Position numbers and translations under genes: made by a program. Shown one piece after another: positions 18,425-28,566 of a DNA stretch of 37,125 nt. Below the pieces are notes generated by a model that was not told the DNA's origin, did no database searches, and worked only from the letters and a program-made list of their open reading frames with translations. Positions within the stretch are counted from its first letter, which is position 1. Every line of letters begins with the position of its first letter. The DNA lies in contig CAKJXZ020000068.1 in NCBI GenBank assembly GCA_918234285.1, positions 1 to 37,125 on the forward strand, written 5' to 3'. Source of the stretch: Pseudomonadota bacterium. GTDB lineage: Bacteria > Pseudomonadota > Alphaproteobacteria > RF32 > CAG-239.

Positions 18425-18919
18425 ATGGGTAAGACCTGTGCGTTTTTAGGTAACGATTACGATAAAATACTGGGGATGAGGTGCGGACATCGCACACCAC
18501 CGGGGCTGAAAGCGCGAATTAGGGAACAAGCCGTTAATCTGATAGAAAATGAGGACGTTGATACCTTTCTGGTTGGGGAGAAAGGCGGCTTTGAGGTTGA
18601 TGCCTATGATGTGGTTTTGGAGCTTCAAAATGAATATCCGCATATCCGGATCATATTTGTGATTTCAAACATTACCGATTTACACGAAATGGGTGGCGAT
18701 TCATCGTATGTTGCTGAGCGGCGCGGCTTTGACGACTTCATTTATCCGCCCAAATGCGAACTCGGCTACAAAAGACTGGGAATCGTCTACCGTAACCGCT
18801 ATATCATCGAAAATACGGACTTCATTATAGCTTACAATAAACACGAAGGCAAAGCTTACGAATTCTGCAAATCCGCCAGAGCCAAAGGCGTCAAAGTAAT
18901 AGAACTGGCAGAAAGTTAA
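18425..18919 (+). CDS. SLOG superfamily protein (DUF1273/YspA-like)
   Basis: TCAFLG, FLVGEKGGFE, RNRYIIENTDFIIAY and ARAKGVKVIEL match the SLOG pattern; start may be 18365. Confidence 0.75.
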   Translation: MGKTCAFLGNDYDKILGMRCGHRTPPGLKARIREQAVNLIENEDVDTFLVGEKGGFEVDAYDVVLELQNEYPHIRIIFVISNITDLHEMGGDSSYVAERRGFDDFIYPPKCELGYKRLGIVYRNRYIIENTDFIIAYNKHEGKAYEFCKSARAKGVKVIELAES

Positions 18920-19084
18920 CACAAGTGTCAAAACGTGACAATATCTTTGATAATTTATGATTAAACGCCGTATAACCCATAAAATATAGTTGCTTTTATC
19001 CGCCCAATGGCTATTATAAATTAAATAAAATTTGCAAAAATAATGCGGATTTAGCGTTAAAAACTATCATAATAAGGCCATAAC

Positions 19085-20530
19085 ATGTTTGAACAGAGTT
19101 TTAAGAATATTGATAATGAGTTGCATAAGGATGCCGGTTGCTCAACCGAAATGGACTATATTGAACAGACCTCGTGGCTGTTGTTCTTAAAATATCTGGA
19201 AGACCTTGAGGCCAATCGTGCGATGGAAGCTGAGCTAAACGGCAAAAAATATACGCCAATCCTTGATGGAGATTATACTTGGAGCAGTTGGGCATATCCA
19301 AAGGGAACTGACGGCAAGCTTGACTATCACAAAGCCATGACCGGTGATGATTTGGTTGAGTTCGTTAATAAAAAGCTTTTCCCGCATTTGGCTCGTTTTA
19401 AGGAATTAGCTCAAGCGGCCGACACTTTAGAATATAAAATCGGCGTTATCTTTAGTGAAATCAGAAACAAAATCAATGACGGCTATATTTTGCGCACGGT
19501 TATCAATATAATGCAGGAAATGCGCTTTCAAACATCGGAAGAAAAGCACGAACTTTCTGGTTTATATGAAGATAAAATTCAAAATATGGGCAACAGTGGC
19601 CGTAATGGTGGTGAATATTACACGCCGAGACCGCTTATTCGCGCGATTGTTAACGTGGTTAAACCTAAACTTGGCGACAAGATTTATGACGGTGCCTGCG
19701 GTTCTGCCGGATTCTTGGTGGAAGCCTTTAATTATCTTAAAGAAAGCAAGCAACTAACCGTTGATGAGATGGAAACCCTGCAAAAGAAGACACTTTACGG
19801 TAAAGAATTTAAGCCGTTGCCGTATATTATCGCCATTATGAACATGATTTTGCATGGCGTTGAAGCCCCAAACATTATCCGCAAAGATACATTATCAGAA
19901 AATATTATGGCGGTACAGACTAAAGACCAGTTTAATGTTATTCTGGCTAATCCGCCGTTTGGAGCCGCGACAAGTAAGACGGATATTCAAAACTTCCCGA
20001 TTAAGACCAGCGAAACCGCTTATATGTTCATTCAGCATTTTATCAAATACCTGAAAGCAGGCGGTAATGCCGGTGTTGTTATCAAAAATACCTTTTTGAG
20101 TAATGGTGATGCAACGGAAGTCCGAAGAGAATTGTTGGAAAGCTGTAGTTTATATGCTATTTTGGATTTACCGGCAAAGGTATTTTCTGCCGGAGTTAAA
20201 ACTGTGGTGCTGTTTTTCAAAAAAGGCGAGCCAACCAAAAAGATTTGGTACTATCAGCTCAATTTGGATAGAAACTTGGGTAAGACTAACCCGTTAAATG
20301 AGAATGATTTGGCTGACTTCTTGGAGTGTTTGAAAGGGCAAAAAGAAACCGAGAATTCTTGGTTTGTTGATTTGAAAGATGTTAATCCGGATACATTAGA
20401 TTTATCGGTTAAAAACCCGAATAAGAGTGATGAAGTTGTTTATCGTGAGCCAGCAGAGATTATTGCGGAAATAGAGAAACTTGATGCTGAAAGTGCCGAA
20501 ATCTTAGGCAAGATAAAGGAGCTGATGTAA
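19085..20530 (+). CDS. hsdM: Type I R-M N6-adenine methyltransferase subunit
   Basis: GEYYTPR, YDGACGSAGF (motif I) and LANPPFG (motif IV). Confidence 0.95.
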   Translation: MFEQSFKNIDNELHKDAGCSTEMDYIEQTSWLLFLKYLEDLEANRAMEAELNGKKYTPILDGDYTWSSWAYPKGTDGKLDYHKAMTGDDLVEFVNKKLFPHLARFKELAQAADTLEYKIGVIFSEIRNKINDGYILRTVINIMQEMRFQTSEEKHELSGLYEDKIQNMGNSGRNGGEYYTPRPLIRAIVNVVKPKLGDKIYDGACGSAGFLVEAFNYLKESKQLTVDEMETLQKKTLYGKEFKPLPYIIAIMNMILHGVEAPNIIRKDTLSENIMAVQTKDQFNVILANPPFGAATSKTDIQNFPIKTSETAYMFIQHFIKYLKAGGNAGVVIKNTFLSNGDATEVRRELLESCSLYAILDLPAKVFSAGVKTVVLFFKKGEPTKKIWYYQLNLDRNLGKTNPLNENDLADFLECLKGQKETENSWFVDLKDVNPDTLDLSVKNPNKSDEVVYREPAEIIAEIEKLDAESAEILGKIKELM

Positions 20531-21220
20531 ATGACTAATGAACCAGTACGAATACAAATTGGCACAGTTCATTTTTTTACAAATGAATTCCTTAATTCAA
20601 TTAGGATATTAATGTATCATGCACAAAAAAATCAAGATGACATGGATGATCACATTTATACGATACCCACGATATTGCTTACAATGTCATTTTTAGAATC
20701 CGCATTTGAACTATTTATATACGATATTCAACACGGCGGTTCCTCTGAAATGAATAATATTAAAAAAGCAGAAATAATAAAAAAATATCATGAAAGATTT
20801 AAGAAATTAGGTTCGAAATATACAATCGAGAAAAAATATAATGATTGTTTGTCAGTTATGGGTTTAGGTCGCATCAACAATACTGGTAATGTTATAACAA
20901 TAAGAAAAGTTAGAAACTATTTAGTGCATGATAAAATAGAATTGCTTGCTCCCTGGTTAAATAATACAGAAGATGAAATTACTAAATTACTGAAAAATAA
21001 ATTTGAACCTCAACGAAAAATTTCGCCGAATAAAGATTTTTGGGCTGATTATATAAATTATAAAGGTACCACATGGCTCATAAACGAAATCTTTGATTTC
21101 TATATTGATTTTTGCTCTCGACTAAAAATTGATTGCCCTTTTGGCAGTAAAATAAATGAAATTAAAGTGCGGCACCCATTTACTGTAAAAAATCATCAGG
21201 AGAAATCAGATGATAAATAA
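20531..21220 (+). CDS. Hypothetical protein with HEPN-like RNxxxH motif, embedded between hsdM and hsdS
   Basis: IRKVRNYLVHD (nt 20912-20929) with an upstream helix MSFLESAFE. Abuts the hsdM stop and overlaps the hsdS start; AT-rich. Confidence 0.65.
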   Translation: MTNEPVRIQIGTVHFFTNEFLNSIRILMYHAQKNQDDMDDHIYTIPTILLTMSFLESAFELFIYDIQHGGSSEMNNIKKAEIIKKYHERFKKLGSKYTIEKKYNDCLSVMGLGRINNTGNVITIRKVRNYLVHDKIELLAPWLNNTEDEITKLLKNKFEPQRKISPNKDFWADYINYKGTTWLINEIFDFYIDFCSRLKIDCPFGSKINEIKVRHPFTVKNHQEKSDDK

Positions 21221-22346
21221 TACTCTTGAAAAATGGGAAGAAAAAACGTTAGGCGAGATTTTAGATAAAGGTTCATCTAATTTATCTGCAAACAAACTGA
21301 ATGATTGTGTAGGTATATATCCTGTATATGGAGCAAGCGGTCTTATTGCAAAAGTGGATTTTTACCAACAAGACAAAGAGTATTTGGCAATAATAAAGGA
21401 TGGAGCTGGCGTTGGAAGGGTATATCATTATCAACCGAAAACTTCTGTTTTAGGAACCTTACAATATTTATATCCCAAACCAAATACAAACATTAGATTT
21501 GCATATTATTATTTGCAATCAATAGATTTTGCTAAATATTATCAAGGTGCTGCAATACCTCATATCTATTATAGAGATTATAAAAGCGAAAAACTTGTGT
21601 TACCTCCATTACCGGAGCAAGAGCGGATTGTGGCGAAGTTGGATAAAGCTTTTAAGGCGATAGATAAGGTTAAAGCCAACGCCGAGCAAAATCTTAATAA
21701 TGCCCAAGAATTATACAAAGTGGTACTTAATAGGGTCTTTAACAGCAATAAATATCAATTTGAACATATAAAGTTAAATGATTTATGTGAAATCATAACT
21801 GATGGGACACATCAAACACCAACATATGCTGACAAAGGTGTCATTTTTCTTTCTGCTAAAAATGTCACAAGCGAAGTTATTGATTGGGAAAATATAAAAT
21901 ACATTCCTGATAGCTTACATAATGAATTGAAAAAACGCGTATCTCCTCAAAAAGGCGATATATTACTGGCAAAAAATGGTACAACAGGTGTAGCTGCAAT
22001 AGTAGATAGAGATTGTGTCTTTGATATATACGTAAGTCTTTGCATGTTAAGACCTAAGAAAACGGTTAACGTACAATATTTGTTGTTAGCAATTAATAAC
22101 CCAATTACAAAAGATAAATTTAATAAAAGTTTGATTGGTATAGGGGTGCCAAATCTTCACTTAAATAAAATAAGAGAAACAACTGTACCAATCCCTTCAC
22201 CAAAATTTCAAGATGAAATATCATCTCTTCTTAATGGTTTAAAAGCGGAATATCTCAAATTGGAGCAAATTTATACCCAAAAAATCAAAGAATGTGATGA
22301 ATTAAAACAATCTATATTGCAAAAAGCATTTAGAGGAGAACTATGA
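21210..22346 (+). CDS. hsdS: Type I R-M specificity subunit
   Basis: WEEKTLGEI, LPPLPEQERIVAKLD and LKQSILQKAFRGEL conserved regions; two TRDs. Confidence 0.95.
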   Translation: MINNTLEKWEEKTLGEILDKGSSNLSANKLNDCVGIYPVYGASGLIAKVDFYQQDKEYLAIIKDGAGVGRVYHYQPKTSVLGTLQYLYPKPNTNIRFAYYYLQSIDFAKYYQGAAIPHIYYRDYKSEKLVLPPLPEQERIVAKLDKAFKAIDKVKANAEQNLNNAQELYKVVLNRVFNSNKYQFEHIKLNDLCEIITDGTHQTPTYADKGVIFLSAKNVTSEVIDWENIKYIPDSLHNELKKRVSPQKGDILLAKNGTTGVAAIVDRDCVFDIYVSLCMLRPKKTVNVQYLLLAINNPITKDKFNKSLIGIGVPNLHLNKIRETTVPIPSPKFQDEISSLLNGLKAEYLKLEQIYTQKIKECDELKQSILQKAFRGEL

Positions 22347-24658
22347 TGGTTTCTGAAGCTGATACAAGAGAAGAACTGATAAACCCAAAGTTAATAGAGT
22401 GCGGATGGAAAACCGGCGGTGATGTCATTGTCAGACGTGAATATCCAATTTCAAAAGGAAGAATAACCGGCTTAAATGTTCGTGCGCCAAAGCTAAGTGC
22501 TGATTATGTTTTGATTTATAAAAATGTTAAGTTAGCCGTAGTGGAAGCCAAAAAGTCTTCTCGTTCATATACAGATGGTGTTGCTCAAGCCAAACAATAT
22601 GCCGAACTCTTAAATATTCGCTTTACCTATGCCACCAACGGTACAGAAATCTATCAAATAGATATGGAAACCGGCAAAGAACAGCAAGTTAATGCTTATC
22701 CGTCACCGGAAGAGCTTTGGCAGATGACATACAGCCAAGATAACGAGTTGTTTAACTTGTTGTCGGCTATTCCATCAAAAACAGACGGTCAATTTGAGCT
22801 GAGATATTATCAGGAAAATGCTATTAATGCCGTTATAAATGCATTAAGTAGAGGCAGGAACAGAATTTTGCTGACATTGGCTACCGGAACCGGTAAAACT
22901 TGTATTGCATTCCAAATCGTATGGAAGTTGATGCAAGCCCGGTGGAATGTTAAAGAAGTCGGAGCCAGATTACCGAGAATATTGTTTTTGGCGGATAGAA
23001 ACATATTGGCAGACCAAGCTTTTGGTGCATTTCAGGCCTTTCCGTTAAACTCATTGGTTCGGATTACTCCAGGCGATATTAAGAAAAATGGCAGAGTTCC
23101 GGACGCCCAAAGTATATTCTTTACTATCTTCCAAACCTTTATGAGTGGCGAAGAACCTTATTTCGGACAATATCCGAAAGACTTTTTTGATTTGGTGATT
23201 ATCGATGAGTGCCATCGTGGTGGTGCCGATCCGGAAAGCAATTGGCGCGATATCTTGAATTATTTTGATACCGCAGTGCATATTGGTTTGACTGCAACAC
23301 CAAAACGCAAAGATAACGTTGATACTTATAACTATTTCGGTGAACCGGTTTACACCTATTCATTAAAACAAGGTATAAACGACGGCTTTTTGACGCCGTT
23401 TAAGGTAAGAAAATTGACCGATAACTGGCAGGAATATACGTACAGTCCGTCCGATGATGTTGAAGGCGAAATTGATAAAGAAAAGACCTATAAAGATTAT
23501 GAGGTGTTTATTAAGGATAAAGAGCTCAAGCGAGTTGAAACCTTTATGAATGAAATCAATCAAAATGATAAAACTTTGGTTTTTTGTGCAACACAAATAC
23601 ACGCCGGCTTAATCAGAGATATGATTAATCAGGTAAAAACAGCTAGTACAAACCCGAATTATTGCGTCAGAGTGACGGCTGATGATGGCGAACGGGGTGA
23701 AGAATATTTAAGAAAATTTCAGGATACATCAAAAACAATTCCGACAATTTTAACCACATCGCAAAAGCTTTCTACCGGTGTTGATGCTATTCAAGTTAAA
23801 AATATTGTGTTGCTCCGACCGGTAAACTCTATGATTGAATTTAAGCAAATTATCGGCAGAGGTACGCGTGTTTGCGAAGATAAGGCTTATTTTACAATAT
23901 ATGATTTTGTCGGAGCATCAAAGAATTTTGAAGATCCGGAATGGGACGGACCAACGGAATATACAGGAAGTTATAAACCAAAACCGAAAGGTGGAAAACC
24001 GGATAACGGCGAAGAAAACGGTAACGGTACCGATACAGGTGGTGGTGATGAAGGACCAACCGAGCCGAAACCGCCTATCATAATCAAACTTGGTAAGGGC
24101 CGAGAAGTTACTATCACAGATAACGGAACAACATTTTTTGATAAGGATACCGGCAAACCGATTACTGCCCGGGAATTTATTGAAAAACTCATTGGAAAAA
24201 TGCCGGACTTCTTCAAGTCTGAGGAAGAACTGCGCCAAATGTGGTCTGATCCGATAACGAGAAAAACGCTTTTGAGACGCTTTGCTGAACTCGGATACAA
24301 TAGAGAAACATTTAAATATGTTCAAAGCGCAATGAATGCCGAGGATAAGGATGTATTTGATGTCTTGAGCTATTTGTCAGAGTTTAACGACACCATGAAG
24401 ACAAGAACCGAACGAGCGGATCAATGCAAAGTTTATGTTATGGATAACTATGCGGCAAGACAGTTTGCCTTTATTGAATTTGTGTTACAGCAGTATATCA
24501 GAGAAGGTATATCCGAGCTTGATGACGAGAGAATTGGTAAGCTGGTCAACTTGAAATATGGTTCCCCGATGAATGCTTTGCAGGAACTTGGCAAACCGGA
24601 TGAAATCCGCTCAATGTTCTGCACCTTCCAACAATATCTGTATAAGAAAGTGGTGTAA
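22343..24658 (+). CDS. hsdR: Type I R-M restriction subunit (EcoAI/EcoEI-like)
   Basis: SEADTR, ADYVL...VVEAKK nuclease motif, ATGTGKT, DECHRG, TATP and QIIGRGTR. Confidence 0.93.
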   Translation: MMVSEADTREELINPKLIECGWKTGGDVIVRREYPISKGRITGLNVRAPKLSADYVLIYKNVKLAVVEAKKSSRSYTDGVAQAKQYAELLNIRFTYATNGTEIYQIDMETGKEQQVNAYPSPEELWQMTYSQDNELFNLLSAIPSKTDGQFELRYYQENAINAVINALSRGRNRILLTLATGTGKTCIAFQIVWKLMQARWNVKEVGARLPRILFLADRNILADQAFGAFQAFPLNSLVRITPGDIKKNGRVPDAQSIFFTIFQTFMSGEEPYFGQYPKDFFDLVIIDECHRGGADPESNWRDILNYFDTAVHIGLTATPKRKDNVDTYNYFGEPVYTYSLKQGINDGFLTPFKVRKLTDNWQEYTYSPSDDVEGEIDKEKTYKDYEVFIKDKELKRVETFMNEINQNDKTLVFCATQIHAGLIRDMINQVKTASTNPNYCVRVTADDGERGEEYLRKFQDTSKTIPTILTTSQKLSTGVDAIQVKNIVLLRPVNSMIEFKQIIGRGTRVCEDKAYFTIYDFVGASKNFEDPEWDGPTEYTGSYKPKPKGGKPDNGEENGNGTDTGGGDEGPTEPKPPIIIKLGKGREVTITDNGTTFFDKDTGKPITAREFIEKLIGKMPDFFKSEEELRQMWSDPITRKTLLRRFAELGYNRETFKYVQSAMNAEDKDVFDVLSYLSEFNDTMKTRTERADQCKVYVMDNYAARQFAFIEFVLQQYIREGISELDDERIGKLVNLKYGSPMNALQELGKPDEIRSMFCTFQQYLYKKVV

Positions 24659-24703
24659 TTACTTTTATAGATGATGAATAATGATATATGGAGAAATTCC
24701 AAA

Positions 24704-26998
24704 ATGGTTGAAACACTTAATAGTCTTATAAAATTTGATTTACATATACATTCTCATGCAAGTTCATACAAAGAAGCAGATGGGATTGTTGAGAATTCTA
24801 CAAAAGAAAATTTACCTATTTTATTTTCAAAATTAGATGAAAATGAAGTGGCATTATTTTCTATAACCGATCACAATAGATTTGATGCCGAATTATATAA
24901 AGAAGCGAAAAAAATACTTAAAGCGGGTGAGTATTTAAATGTTAAAAATATATTAGCCGGTGTTGAATTTGATGTAAAATTAGAAGAGCATGGAGAAAAA
25001 TGTCATATTATTGCGATTTTTGATGCTGAAAGTGAAGATTATTTTGATAAAATTGAACAAGAGATTAATAAGAAAATATTAAAAGAAGATGAATATTATG
25101 AAAAAGATAATTTTGAAGAATTACTGAAAAACATAGGCTTAGATACTATTTTAATAGCTTGTCAAAGAAAAGGATTGGATAATCGTAGAGGAAAAGATAA
25201 TTCTGTAAGTGATGCAGTGGATAATGTAGAACAAATAATTAAATTAGGGTATATAAATGCTCTTGAATTTCATAAACCTAAAGTGGAAGGAATATTAAAA
25301 TCTAATCTACATGAATTAAATCTATCAATTGCACTTTTTTCAGGAAGTGATTGCCATGATTGGAATGTTTATCCTTATCATGATAAAAATCAGCAAAATA
25401 AAGATTTTTACCATTCAAAGGCGAAAATTTTACCCACATTTAAGGGATTATTAATGGCTGTATCTTCTCCAGAAACCAGATTCAATTGTAGTGAAAAAAA
25501 TAGGGAGCCGTTTATTAAAATTATCAAAATTCAGGGGAAAGAAATACAGTTATCTTCTGGTATGAACGCTATTATTGGTGAAAATGGATCAGGAAAAAGT
25601 ACTATATTAGAGTTAATTAATCAAAAATTTGAGAAATCTCATATAAAACAAATAAAAGAAAAGAATGATATAATTGTTGAAGAAGGGACAGATTTAAGTC
25701 AAATCAAATATGTGGAACAAGGTTCTATTGTTGAGAAATTTAAAGACCCTAATAAACTATTTAATCAAGGAGATATAACTTATTTTAATGATATAGATCA
25801 TAGTGATTTCATTACATGTTATCAAAAATATTCGAGTGAGATGAAAAATTCTATAAAAAATAATATTGATAAAAATGAATGTATTAAAAATTTAAAAAGC
25901 ACGCTACTTTATAAAAAAATAGAAAAAAACAATAGTTACTACGTTGATATTATTGGAAATTTAGAAAAAATAAATAATGAGCATGCACAAGCATATAGTG
26001 ACATCAAGAAACTTTTGGTTTTAATAAAAGATATCAAAGATAAGAAATACTACATTCAATATCAAGATAAGTTAGAAGAATTATTAAAAATAGCAGAAGA
26101 AATCTTTAGTAGTATAGAAAAATCCTATATTATTACGTATACATCAAATGAGGTGATTAATATAATTGAAAGTTGTGTTAATAGTTATGCTCAGGAAGTA
26201 AAAAATAGTTCCACAGCAAAAGATAGAGAGCAGATAGCATATGAGCAGGAAAGAAAAACATTTATTGATGCTATTATAGACACCATTAAGAAATCTTTGT
26301 TACAAGTAGAATGGCCAGTTTCCCCTAAAATATGTAATGGAATGAGTAGTAATTCGTTTAAGGGATTTAAGTTTAATAAAGAGGCTTTATACAATAAAAA
26401 AGATATGTTAAATATTTTTTTAAAAAGTATGTTTAACGCTAATTACCAAGATTTAGGCAGAATTGTAGACATTAATTCATATCATGATTTACAAAAGGCC
26501 GTCAGAGGATGTACAAATGTTCAATCTATTGAAGAAATATGGAATTCAAATACCCAAAAATTTATTACTACAGCAACGAAAGAAGAATGCTATATATTAG
26601 ATGCAGGCGATCAACAAATAGGAAATACTCTTGGAGAAATGTCACTTTCTTATTACAGATTTTTTACGCGAGGAAATGATGATTGGCAGGTGCTAATTAT
26701 AGATCAGCCTGAAGATAATATTTCAAACAATAAAATTAAAAAGGAATTGATAAGTTATTTTCAAAATATTAGAGAAAGCAAGCAAATAATTTATGTAACC
26801 CATAATCCATTATTGGTTGTTAATATGGATGTTGATAATGTTATATATGTACAAAATAACAAGGGAACATTAAGTGTTGAAGGAGGATGTTTAGAATACG
26901 AAAATGGAGTTGATATTTTATCAATTATAGCTGATACTATGGATGGTGGTAAAGAAACAATAGAAAAGAGGTTAATGTTCTATGGAAAAGAAAATTAA
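24704..26998 (+). CDS. PHP phosphoesterase - ABC/SMC-type ATPase fusion (Ppl/TrlF-like defence protein)
   Basis: PHP motifs DLHIHS, ITDHN, GVEFD and GSDCH. Walker A GENGSGKS, Walker B/D-loop LIIDQPEDNISN and H-loop VTHNP. Confidence 0.85.
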   Translation: MVETLNSLIKFDLHIHSHASSYKEADGIVENSTKENLPILFSKLDENEVALFSITDHNRFDAELYKEAKKILKAGEYLNVKNILAGVEFDVKLEEHGEKCHIIAIFDAESEDYFDKIEQEINKKILKEDEYYEKDNFEELLKNIGLDTILIACQRKGLDNRRGKDNSVSDAVDNVEQIIKLGYINALEFHKPKVEGILKSNLHELNLSIALFSGSDCHDWNVYPYHDKNQQNKDFYHSKAKILPTFKGLLMAVSSPETRFNCSEKNREPFIKIIKIQGKEIQLSSGMNAIIGENGSGKSTILELINQKFEKSHIKQIKEKNDIIVEEGTDLSQIKYVEQGSIVEKFKDPNKLFNQGDITYFNDIDHSDFITCYQKYSSEMKNSIKNNIDKNECIKNLKSTLLYKKIEKNNSYYVDIIGNLEKINNEHAQAYSDIKKLLVLIKDIKDKKYYIQYQDKLEELLKIAEEIFSSIEKSYIITYTSNEVINIIESCVNSYAQEVKNSSTAKDREQIAYEQERKTFIDAIIDTIKKSLLQVEWPVSPKICNGMSSNSFKGFKFNKEALYNKKDMLNIFLKSMFNANYQDLGRIVDINSYHDLQKAVRGCTNVQSIEEIWNSNTQKFITTATKEECYILDAGDQQIGNTLGEMSLSYYRFFTRGNDDWQVLIIDQPEDNISNNKIKKELISYFQNIRESKQIIYVTHNPLLVVNMDVDNVIYVQNNKGTLSVEGGCLEYENGVDILSIIADTMDGGKETIEKRLMFYGKEN

Positions 26999-27245
26999 AC
27001 TAGTAATGGATGGAAATAAAAATATCCATATATATTTAAACGAAGAAGAAATGCATGTTATTTATGCTAATGATAGAAAAATAGAGGCTATTAAAATTTT
27101 TCAAATATTAAATCATTCAATCGGAGATACATATGCAGTAGCATCCGAGAATACGACAGAACAAGATCCCAAAGTGTTGGAATTTTTTGAAAAATTACTT
27201 ACAGATATTACGACTAAAATTCAAGATATAAAGTTTGTTGAATAA
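26982..27245 (+). CDS. Small hypothetical protein overlapping the PHP-ATPase end
   Basis: 87-aa ORF with an AGAGG RBS, 17-bp overlap with the upstream gene, fills the operon gap. Confidence 0.7.
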   Translation: MEKKIKLVMDGNKNIHIYLNEEEMHVIYANDRKIEAIKIFQILNHSIGDTYAVASENTTEQDPKVLEFFEKLLTDITTKIQDIKFVE

Positions 27246-27263
27246 ACACATTAGGAGATGATA

Positions 27264-28562
27264 ATGCCGGAAATTAAATGCCCTAAATGCGGAGAAGTAT
27301 TTACAGTTGATGAAAGTGGGTATGCTGCCATTTTAGCGCAGGTACGGGATGATGAATTTAATAAAGCCGTTCATGAGCAAATAACTCATATTGAAAAAGA
27401 AAAGCAAAATGAGCTAAAATTAGCAGAAAGCAAAGCTCAAATGGATAAAGAACTATCTATTGCCTCTCTAAGACAGGAAATTACTGTATTAAAGGCTCAA
27501 CTACTAACACAAGCAAAAGAAAAAGACCTAGAAAAGGCTAATAGTATTTCTAATTTACAGCAAGAAATAGAGCGCTTAAAAGCAGAAATTTTATCTAATG
27601 AAAAGGATAAGAAAATTGCTATAAATGCTGCTGAAACAGCAAAAAATGCAGTTATTAATACCAGGGAAAGACAGGTTGCTGAGCTGACTGCGAAATTGAA
27701 AGAAGTAGAAAGAGATATATTGATTAAAGAGCAAAATCTCAAAGATACTTATGAATTAAAACTCAAAGAAAAAGATACTCAAATTGAATTTTTCAAAGAT
27801 TTGAAAACCAAAATGTCTACAAAAATGGTAGGAGAAACACTAGAACAGCACTGCGAAATAGAATTTAATAAATTACGTGCTACCGGCTTTCAAAACGCAT
27901 ATTTTGAGAAGGATAACGATGTAAAAACAGGAAGTAAGGGCGATTACATATATAAAGAAACAACACCAGAAGGTATTGAATTCATTTCTATTATGTTTGA
28001 AATGAAAAATGAGATGGATACAACTGCTACTAAGCATAAAAATGAGGATTTCTTGAAGGAACTGGATAAAGATCGTTGCGAAAAGGGTTGCGAATATGCC
28101 GTATTAGTTTCATTATTAGAAACAGATAATGAGTTGTATAATACAGGCATAGTTGATGTTTCTCATAAATATCAAAAGATGTATATCATTCGTCCACAGT
28201 TTTTTATACCTATGATTACGTTGCTAAGAAATGCGGCAATGAACTCTATTCAGTATCGTAAGCAATTGACTGAATATAAAAACCAGAATATTGATATTTC
28301 AAATTTTGAAGCGGAAATGAATGATTTTAAGGATAAATTCGGACGTAACTATCAACTAGCAAGCGATAAATTTAGAAAAGCGATTGATGAAATTGATAAG
28401 ACTATAGAGCATTTGCAAAAAACAAAGGATGCATTAATGTCTTCAGAGAATAATTTAAGACTTGCAAATAACAAAGCTCAAGATTTATCTGTCAAACGTT
28501 TGACTAAAAATAATCCAACTATGGCTCAAAAGTTTGCGGAATTAAACAATCCATCGGAATAG
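27264..28562 (+). CDS. DUF2130 family protein (CxxC, coiled coil, PD-(D/E)XK-like C-terminus)
   Basis: [38 protein letters not shown]...IMFEMKNE and [11 protein letters not shown]. Confidence 0.88.
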   Translation: MPEIKCPKCGEVFTVDESGYAAILAQVRDDEFNKAVHEQITHIEKEKQNELKLAESKAQMDKELSIASLRQEITVLKAQLLTQAKEKDLEKANSISNLQQEIERLKAEILSNEKDKKIAINAAETAKNAVINTRERQVAELTAKLKEVERDILIKEQNLKDTYELKLKEKDTQIEFFKDLKTKMSTKMVGETLEQHCEIEFNKLRATGFQNAYFEKDNDVKTGSKGDYIYKETTPEGIEFISIMFEMKNEMDTTATKHKNEDFLKELDKDRCEKGCEYAVLVSLLETDNELYNTGIVDVSHKYQKMYIIRPQFFIPMITLLRNAAMNSIQYRKQLTEYKNQNIDISNFEAEMNDFKDKFGRNYQLASDKFRKAIDEIDKTIEHLQKTKDALMSSENNLRLANNKAQDLSVKRLTKNNPTMAQKFAELNNPSE

Positions 28563-28566
28563 ATAA

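Noticed and set aside
21210-22346. hsdS shufflon driven by the nearby recombinases
   Set aside because: Only one hsdS and no silent TRD copies or flanking inverted repeats were seen
23969-24075. Gly/Pro/Asp-rich stretch in HsdR as an insertion or intein
   Set aside because: Low-complexity linker before the C-terminal domain, common in this HsdR family; no intein motifs
24245-24253. TCTGATCCG in hsdR as the second att site
   Set aside because: Only a 9-bp match, inside an intact CDS, with no tRNA remainder
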